A stretch of DNA of 64,000 nucleotides, from the NCBI GenBank assembly GCA_030704615.1, contig CM060731.1:5332001-5396000 (forward strand). Direction: 5' to 3'. How positions within the stretch are numbered: the stretch's first letter is position 1; each line of letters opens with the position of its first letter. The stretch is from Takakia lepidozioides (Eukaryota; Plantae; Bryophyta). Positions 55,152 to 64,000 of the stretch are shown here, one piece after another. A program made the translations under genes and the position numbers. The notes below the pieces were generated by a model, which had not been told where the DNA came from, made no database searches, and saw nothing but the letters and a program-made list of their open reading frames with translations.

Positions 55152-58100
55152 CTTCTGCGAGGTGGAATGTAAGCTCATTGTGAATCGTAACGAGATGAGT
55201 AGCAAGGTTTTCTACAGTAGGGCTTCCAACAATCTTCATGTGGAAAGGGTTTGCTCGAGGATAATGACCATAATTAGAGAAAAATAGAGTTTGCTTGGTC
55301 GAAGAATGTATAGTGTTGTTATAGGCAAACTCAGCCAATGACAGAAGGTCCGTCCAATTATCTTGGTGATGATTTATCATATAGCGAAGATACTGCTCCA
55401 AAATCTGATTTACACGTTCGGTTTGACCATCAGTCTGTGGATGATTAGCTGTAGAGAGATTGATCTTAGTATCCAATATGTGAAATAATCCCCTCTAGAA
55501 ATTTGATATGAATTGTGGTCCTCGATCAGATACGATGTCCTTCGGGAGTCCATGAATGCAGTAGATATTATTGAGGAAGAGTCTTGCAGTTTCCTCGCCG
55601 GTAACCGTCTTATTACATGGAATGAAATGTGTCATCTTCGTAAAACGATCTACAACAACAAGGATTGAATCGGTGGTCTTTGAAATTGGAAGGTCCGTAA
55701 TAAAGTCCATGGATACGGACGACCATGGACCCTTGGGAATGGGTGAAGAAGGCCGTAAGGTCGATGTCGTGGTCTCTTCGCTCTAGCACACGTGTCGCAA
55801 AATTTTATAAATTCTTTCACGAGTTTCCACATCTGCGGCCACCAGTAGTCCATGGATATCAATTCTATTGTTTTGTTGAAGCCGAAATGTGTCCTGCAGC
55901 CGGAAGATCATGACATGTTTGAAAAATTTGAAGTCGTGTAGGTCCTGGAGGTACATAGAGAAGTCCCTTGAAATAAAGTAAGCCATCTTTGAATTCGAAG
56001 TCGTTTGTAACATGTGGGTTGTTTCGAGGTCGATTTAGTTGACTTCGTAGTGTCGTAGCAAATTTGTCGCTCTTCAGTGCTTCTTGAATCTCCTTTATGA
56101 TCTCTACATCGTCATAGATGGACATGGATAGCATATTCAATTAGAGATTTGTTGGTTTCAAGATGATGGATTTTTATTGGTCAAAAGCTGCATCCCCTTC
56201 TTTTGGCGCAAGATAGGATCGTCGAGAAAGAGCATCTGGTTTTCCTTGAAGATGTCCGGGACGGTAGGTAATAACAAAATCAAACCTTGCTAGTGACATA
56301 CTCCATCTCGCTTGACGTCGATTCAAAACACGAGCACTCATAAAATACTCGAAGTTTTTATGATCGGTGTAGACAGTGACTTGATGTTTAGCTCCCTCCA
56401 ATAGATGACGCCACTCCTCAAAAGCATTGATAATCGCTAGAAGTTCTTTGTCATGGATTTCATAATTGATCTCCGCATTGGAAAATTTGTGAGAACGAAA
56501 ACCAACAGGGTGAAGTCGGCCATCTGTACCGTATTGAGAGAGTACCGCGCCAAGTGCAAAGTCCGATGCATCTGCTTAAAAAAAAAATGGTTTAGATTGT
56601 CTGCATGTACCAGTATTGGAGCCGTTGTAAATGCCTGCTTCAGCCTTTCAATTGCTTAGTCAGCCTTTTTGTCCTATACAAATTTGTCCTTCCCTGTGAG
56701 TCGTGTCATTGGTGCAGCAATTTTGGAGTAGTCCTTGATGAAGATTCTATAGAAATTTGCAAATCCTAGAAAACATTGTACATCTCGGACCGAAGTTGGT
56801 TTAATCCACTCGATGATGGTTTGTATTTTCTTCTGATCCATAAAGACTCATTTGTCGGAAATAATGTAGCCCAAAAATTCGACTTCAGATTGGTGGAAAA
56901 GACATTTTTCCAACTTGGCATATAGTCATTTTTCCCTCAATTTATCAAGGACAAGGCGTACATGGCGACCATGTTCTTCTTCACTCTGTGAAAATATCAA
57001 AATGTCGTCCAAATAGATGACTACAAAGTCATCTAAAAATTCTCGAAAGATATCATTCATCGTGTGTTGAAAAATTGTTGGAGCATTTGTAAGACCAAAA
57101 GGCATAACACTGTATTTCCTCCGTACCTTGTGCGAAAAACAGTCTTCCATTCGTCTCCTTCTTTTATTCGTAAGCTCATCTCAAGTCGATATTTGTGAAA
57201 AAATTTACTCGTCCAAGTTGTTCGCGGAGTCCGGAAATCAGCGGTAGTGGATAACGATTTTTTATGGTGATTTTGTTGAGCCCACGATCGTCCACACACA
57301 TGTGTTAGGTTTATCCAGCGAGGTCAAGACTTGCGGGTCCAGATTCAGATCCTTGAGAATCTCTTCTACTCTCTTCTCCCAGGGCTTACCCTGTTTGACA
57401 GGGCGGTCCTGTTTCCAAGATATAGAGTCGATTAACTTAGGATATGTGGTGTTGGAGATATGTTGCAGCTGAACCCACCATCTGACCTTGAATTTATCTC
57501 GCCGGAGCTTAAAAGAGAGCGGCACATAAGAGAGGGAAGATACTATGTCTTGTCGGGACATGGACAAGACCAGATAAGGTCTTTGTCAAATTAACGACAA
57601 ATCAGCTCTTTACATGGCACCATCTAACACCTCCTTACATGTACATCTTCTCAAATGTCTGAACCCTGTATATTTCAAAGTACCAGAAAATTCAGGGTGG
57701 GAGGGTGGGTTTCCAAGACAAGCATCATCCTTGTTTGATACCCAATTTACACACAATTGATTCATGCCCTTGAGCTGTAAATGTTCAGTTGCTTTATACA
57801 AAGCACAGCCAAGAAATCACAGCCAAGACATCCACCATAGAAAAAGCGATGCAAATTTACTCAGGGTATTGCAGACTTCACACCCGTGATTCATATCAAC
57901 CATTCATGTCAGTATTTCATAAATCCAAATTTCCGTCCTTCTTCTTCACAAATAAGATAGGTGGTCCCACGGGGGATTTCGAATGTCGAATTAAATTCTT
58001 TGACAAATTTTCATCAATGTATTCGCGTAAAGCAGTCAGCTCCGTTTGAGATAAATTGTAGATCGGGCCGAATAGTGGTTGAGCTCATTCTTGCAACTCA

Positions 58101-58105
<5 letters not shown>
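55152..58105 (-). mobile_element. Ty3/gypsy retrotransposon pol remnant (RT - RNase H - integrase)
   Basis: [14 protein letters not shown]...[40 protein letters not shown]...[20 protein letters not shown]...[29 protein letters not shown] in gypsy order; many frameshifts. Confidence 0.93.
57303..57629 (-). mobile_element. LTR-like segment nested in the gypsy RT
   Basis: TGTTAG...CTAACA inverted ends, preceded on the minus strand by purine tract AAGGAGG. Part of an insertion of about 620 bp that separates KKKDGNL from MCVD in RT. Confidence 0.55.
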
Positions 58106-58106
<1 letters not shown>

Positions 58107-58141
<35 letters not shown>

Positions 58142-61100
58142 CTCCGCCGAAGTAACTAAGAGCCACTTCGCCTCACGGCTACTGCCCCCTTTCGGGGGTG
58201 GGCCCTCTCAAAAAGGGTGTCCATAGGACATTAGGAGTCTAGAGGAGCAACGGTACCGTGGATACCTGGGGTACCTAGGGTACCCGAGGTACCCCGGGAG
58301 CCAGAGAAGGGTTAGATTCAAGTTTACGTTTGTTAGTAATAATGGTTGTGAGGGAGCGGAGGGCTGTGAGGTGTATTGCTTTGAAACATTTATGAATGGA
58401 GAGGATCGGGAGTTTGAAGTTAGTGTGTAGTGCATTGATACTGGCGTTATGAATGCCCTCTCGAGTGCCAGCCGTGATAACCGTCAAGGGACCAGTGACC
58501 CAGCCCTTATGTCGAAGCGCAAGGATAGTGGCGCGTATTTAAGCCGTTTGTCTAGCGTTGAATCAGCGGGGTATCGATCATGGCAGTATGTAAATTCAAT
58601 AAAGTAGATGGTAAGGTTTGGGGTTGGGGCGGTGGGTGGGGGGGAGTTTATGGGCAAACCTTATACAAGCAAGATGTCTGGGCATAGTCTGGCGGGGCAG
58701 GTGCACGGGGGGTGGGAGCAAGTACAAAGGAGAAGCCAGTGGGGGACGGTGTGGTCTGGGGGTCGTCCTTGGTAAGTACCAGCATTGTTAGCGAGAACCA
58801 TCTTGTCTCGGCGTGATGGAGGAGGAGTTTATGGATGTGTCAGACTGCTTGGTTATGGCGGGTTATACGAAGCCCATGGATGACGGGGTGTGTACATTGG
58901 CTAAGAAGGTGTGGCTAGGTGGGTATGAGAACAGAGGGGACAGTGCGGGGATGGGAAAAGGCGTGGCCAGAATATGTGTTTACGTTGATGTCCCATATAT
59001 TGTGCGTATAGGAATTTATGCGTCTGTTTGATTTGGGCGTCAGTAGCTGTTTTGGAGTGCCAAAAGTAGTTCGAGAGTTTGTTATGGAGTACACCGGATT
59101 GTGTCCATTTCTGTGTGTATAGTTTAGTGTGGCTAGCAGATACCAAGGTTTGTTTATTGGCTTCTCGAGTAAGGGATTTCAAAAGGTTGCGTATGGGTCG
59201 GGGCTCAAGGGGGTCGGGTATGGGGTGTACTAGCTAGAATGGGTGGGTATGTGCAATGTGGATGGGATCATTGGTAGGGTCAACAGGGGGTTCGTCGGCA
59301 CCTTCTTGGGCAAGAAGGTCGGCAGCCTCGTTCCCCCGGATACCTGTGTGTGTGCGTACTTTGATAAAGTGAATGGGTTGGTTGATGGAGATAGCTAGGT
59401 TGGCGATGGCTGTGATGAGATTACGGTCAGAATGATAATGGTGAGAAGATGGGCAAGAGAGGTGATTATGGATGAGAAAGAGCAAGGTAAGGCTGTCTGT
59501 GAAGATATAATGTGGAGGGGGGAATGAGGATAGTTGGGTGAACGCTTCAAATATTGCCATTAGTTCTGCACAAAGTATGTTGGCAGGACCAGGAAGTCTG
59601 TGAGCGGTGCCCTGATTGGTAGCGGCATGGTATACTCCATAACCTGCGTGGGAGCCATTGAGGGAGCCGTCGGTGTAGTGGTAGTGGGATGGCAGAAATT
59701 TGGGAGGTATAGATTGGCAGTAGGATGGGAGGAGCGGGGGGAACGTAGGTGGGGCAGGGGACGGGCGCGGTAGCGTCCTATTCCATGCCTTGCTTAAATT
59801 AATCCTAGGGAGTGGGCTAGGTGGAATTGTGAGGACTGGGTGCGTGAGATGCTGGGGGTAGAGGGTGGTTTTTAGCTTGTGAGTGCGCTTAAGGAGTTGA
59901 TTGAGCAGGGCAGGGAAGGTGGGAGGTATGGTGGAATGCGTGGTGTGTTGGACATGAAGAAGAAGGGTAAGGGTGGGTTCTTTGTAACGAAGGTATTTGG
60001 GGAGGGGTGGGGTGTGGATGTACCGGAGTTGGTTAGGTTCGATAGCCGCGAGGAGTGTTACACCGGGTGGGAATTGTAGGAGGGGGTGGGGACTGTTGGG
60101 TAGCTTTTGGTGAGTGAGTAAAAGGATCGTGACGCTTGATGGGGAGGACTGTGTGGCCATACGGGCCCATTGGAGGGCCTCATGCGTGAGGGGGCCTGAA
60201 GGGGGGGTGGGCAAATCCCCTCCCTGCCCATGCGTGTTGGGTGGCATGTCCGGTGGCTCCGAAGATGTAGTCTCGGGGTTGGGGGCTGGCAAAAGTTGTG
60301 ATTCCCATCGGGCACGTAAGCGGACTGGAATAGAATGAATGAGTGAGTTCAAAAGTGGTAATGAGCAGAGAGAGGATATCCGGGGGGATAGTAGTATGAG
60401 CAAAGGCTTGTGACAGTTTTGTCAGGGAACGGGGTTTTTTGGGAGGAGTGTCTTGGAGGTAGCGGGTAGCAAGCCAACTGAGTTCGGTAGCGAAGTCTTG
60501 GCGGGGTGGGTGGATTTGAGCGTCATAGGGGGAGGAAGTAGAGTATTTAGCCCATAGCCATGCTAGTCTATCATTGGGAATGAGGCCAAGAAAACGGCCG
60601 TTGAAGGTGTATATAGTTGACATACGAGGGCCTTGACAGATTGTGGGGGAGGTGTGCAGGATATCTTTATCTGGATTGCATTCTGTAATGTGTATGTGTA
60701 CGTTGGGGACGGTAAGTGGTTGATGTACATGTCGAGCATCTTTGGGTTGGGTTTGGGAGATATGTTGTTGGTGGGTATGCGCAAGGTAGTAAGTGTCGGT
60801 ACGTTTGTGGAATGCGGTGAGGAGTGTGAGATTGTGGGCGGGGTCGCAATCATCATGTGAGCCAAAGAGGTCATCCTCGATTTGCCATGAGTTATCATCA
60901 GCTGTGTAGCCAGCCAATTGGCATAGGTAATAGGTATCAACACAAGTGGCCCCATATGAGTCTGTAGAAGTTTGGGTTTTAATACAGGATGGCTTCGATA
61001 ACATATGCGTCGGGGTTATCTGTGTGGTCATGATGAGTTGCAGGAGTGCTAGGTGAGGTGGGAGCTGGGGTGGAAGTAGTTTGCGTAAGGAATGGCGTAT

Positions 61101-64000
61101 GGATGGGGCGGGAGGGGTTTGGAACGAGTCCCTATCCGCGTGGGGAGATGGTATAGGGGAGGTGGATGTGGATGGGGGGTCTCTAGTACCAAGTGTTCCT
61201 GAGGTTTGGGAGGCCCTAAGCGTGTGGAGAATAGAGGGGGATGGGCCTGATCTGTAGGCAGGTAGTAAGTCGCGTTGGGTATGAGGGAAGAGTGAGCATG
61301 GAAGATCGCATTCAAGGGTACATGATGCGGATGGGTGGCAGAGTAGGGTACGTAGGTATTGGAGGAACCTGCATGTTTTGGCTGTGGCACGAGAATGTTT
61401 AAGTGTGAATTCTCCCGGGGTTGGAAGTTGAGTCCCTGTGGCGGTGGTAAGTTGGGTGAGATGAGTGATATGCCGTTCTTTGAAATAGGTGAGGAGGGAG
61501 CGCTTTTGGCGGGGATGAAGGCGTTCAAAATGGGAGAGGGAGGGGCTGGTATTTAGAGCGTGTTCCAGCTGTGGTATCATGTTAGGAAAGCCGGGTAGGT
61601 CGGTTTGGATGCTGATACGCATTTGTCGTAGGATGAATAGTGTCCGTGCGGGAGTGTAAGCAAGATTGGGAATGAAGAGATGGGAGGGCTTGTAGTCCAT
61701 TGAATTTGTGGGCTAGAAATTTAAGAAGTCCGCGGTAGATAAGTCCTCGGGTCCAGGGTCATTGAGTGCTTCTTGTAGCTGGGTACCAAGGGTTCGGGCA
61801 TATGAAATAACCAGGGGGCTGGAGCCGACGCCGTAACAGGCTGTCGGGAGTTGGGTGAGGGCACTAGGAGTACTGGTAGGTAAGCCACATATTCGCTTGG
61901 TTAGTTGAGTGATGTGTTTGTCTAGTACTTTGAGATCTGGTAGGGAGAAAGGAGCGGCGTGAAAAGAGTATTGGACTTGTGGCTTAAGCACAGAGCTAAT
62001 GATTGATAGTTTGGGTCTAATGGAGACAGGGGATTTAAGAAGAGTCAGGTAGCTTAGCAAGTGTGGTGGTCTTTTGCACATGCCAGGTGAGTGATGGGAC
62101 TAGTTGGATACCTAAGTATGTTTCATCGGGTCCCAAAAAGGGGAAGGGGTTGTTTAGGTAATGGATATAGAGTTTACAATGAGAAGCAATCGCAATTTTT
62201 GTTAATTTACTGCGGTGGGTTGCTGCGGTAACGGCGCACTTGTGGAGGCTAAGTTCCATGCCGGACCATAAGTTAAAGCGGGATAACTTGCTGACTTGTC
62301 GGTTGAGGTGTTGGGGTTTGTGAGCTAGAATAGCGAGGTCGTCAGCGTATGCGGCAGCGGAGATTGCATTAAGGGAGGTTTTATAGTGATAGCCAAGATT
62401 TCCGCGTGCTAACCATCTTAGTAGAGGTTCTAAAAAGATAATAAAGAGGTATGGACTGAGGGTGTCACCCTGGATGGTACCGCGTAGGATAGGAATAGGG
62501 GGGGTAGTACCATAGTATGAACCGGAGTATTCCGTAGTGCTGTTGGTATAAATGTTGCCAATGAGTTGGATGGCATCGATGGGATAACCGAGGTCCGTCA
62601 TGTTTGCAAGTAGTCTGGCATGGTCTAAGGATCCGAAGGCATTTTTAAAGTCTATATACAAGAGATAGATATCTTGTTTAGTGAGCTTGGCATCTTCAAG
62701 GGCTGAGAGGACGTATTGTATTTGACGAGTTGTACTACGTGTGGCTCGGAAGCCCTCCTGGGGGTCACTCAGAATATGGTGTTGTTCACCGTAATTGGAT
62801 AGCAGCGTGGTCAGTGTGCTGGTAAACAATTTATAGATAGTATTGGCTAGGGCTATGGGTCTGTAGTTACCGAGGTTAGTTGGGTCGCCTTTCTTAAATA
62901 GCAGGATGGTGCGGCTATGTTTCCAAGTAGGTGGGATACGTTTGAGTTGGTAACATAGTTTGAAAAATTTGAAGAAGAGGGTGTGAAGATGGGGGTCGAG
63001 CGCCTCTAATATAGCCCTAGGGATCATATCTGGTCCAGGGGCCTTTGATTTGGATAGACCTTTAAGGCAAGAGTCATAGAGATCTAGCGTGAAAAGGTCA
63101 TGTATGCGGTCCGTGGGTACCCCACGTTTGTCTAATGAGAAGCCGTCGAGGTCATGCCATGGGTAATGTTTGACTTTATATAAACAGTTGGGGTGGTGGT
63201 GGTCAGGGTGTAGGCAGTTTGCGACAACGGGCGTATAGGAAGCGGATGCTTGTATCCATATTTCTTTGTTGATATCAGTGGGGCTTGTCAAGAAGTGGCC
63301 CAGTCAATGTTTAAGGCTGTCAATTGGTGGATTGAGCGTAGGGTTAAAGATGGCTTTGTGTGCTCTTTTAGGATGGTTATGTAGGAGGTGGCCAAAGGAG
63401 GTGATAAACTTTTTGTGGTTATCGCCAGCTTTTTGTTTGGTTATAAGATATGCGGCTTTTTTTGCGTTCCTTCCTAGCTTGGCGAGGGCAGCAAGCCAAT
63501 TCGGGATGGTACTGTGGTCCATAGGAGGGGGCAAGAGGGCTTGGCATACTGGGAGAGAGTTTAGGCAAATAATGCAGGGGTCTCGTCTCCATTCTGTGTG
63601 ATGATTGTTGGATGGGGAATTGGGGATGATAGTAAGGGCACGGCGTATGATATGATGGGTGTTAAGGTGAGAGGTCCAGGCACATTTTTGTGTGCGGGTA
63701 AGGTATCCTCCATTTTGTTTGGATCTGGGGTGTGGACTCCGTTATTTGTGTGGCCCGATAGAGCAATGTCCCGGTTGAAGTCGCCAGCCAGTATATAGTG
63801 ATGGTGTTGGTGCGCGGGGTGCTTGATTGTATTAGAGATTGTGTCCAATATGTCGGGTATCAGGGATAGGTCCTCAGTATGGGATGGCATATATAAGTGG
63901 ATGAGAGTGATGGGCGTAAGTGCAGGGAGATGCAGCTGGACAATTTGAAGGTGAGATCGGAGAGGGATGGGTACTAGAACTTTGGTGGTGGTGCTGGGAG
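58107..64000 (-). mobile_element. Non-LTR retrotransposon, Dualen/RandI-like; 5' end outside window
   Basis: APE (IHLYMP, ILAGDFN; about 63560-64000), RT (KAPGPD, NYRPIAL, QEGFR, YIDFKNAF, QGDTLSP, YADD; 62035-63291), RNase H (YTDGS, AEL, FTDS, GNEAAD; about 59300-59685), CCHC knuckle plus RHN, RLE (RLCPDIL...IEFTYCHD...KRLKY; about 58450-58700), (TC)n tail 58107-58138. Confidence 0.9.
58251..58298. repeat. 9-bp tandem repeat near the LINE 3' end
   Basis: GGTACCgtg/GATACCtgg/GGTACCtag/GGTACCcga/GGTACCccg. Confidence 0.8.

Overview
Eukaryotic nuclear DNA from a land plant, most likely a seed-free lineage (bryophyte, lycophyte or fern type; inferred from compact GT-AG introns and many PLS-class PPR remnants). 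The window grades through three zones. (1) 0.2-25 kb, intact genes: two inverted PCNA paralogues, a COA5/PET191-like gene, a SMARCAD1/Fun30-type remodeller (CHR19-like), a deoxynucleoside kinase and TMEM18. The replication-related genes carry E2F sites and two pairs sit head-to-head. (2) 26-45 kb, decaying genes: phytol/farnesol kinase, PDI and PPR fragments, part of them inside an 8-kb inverted-repeat-bounded block. (3) 45-64 kb, nested transposons: a CACTA-like element carrying TnpA-like, RING and kinase cargo plus a 120-bp satellite; a Ty3/gypsy pol remnant; and a LINE running off the right edge. The most striking object is the LINE. Its frameshifted polyprotein reads APE endonuclease - RT - chromodomain-like - PCIF1/CAPAM-like N6-adenine methyltransferase-like - RNase H - CCHC knuckle - restriction-like endonuclease (Dualen/RandI-like), followed by a structured 3' RNA element and a (TC)n tail. 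All domain calls are by-eye motif recognition; no searches were run.
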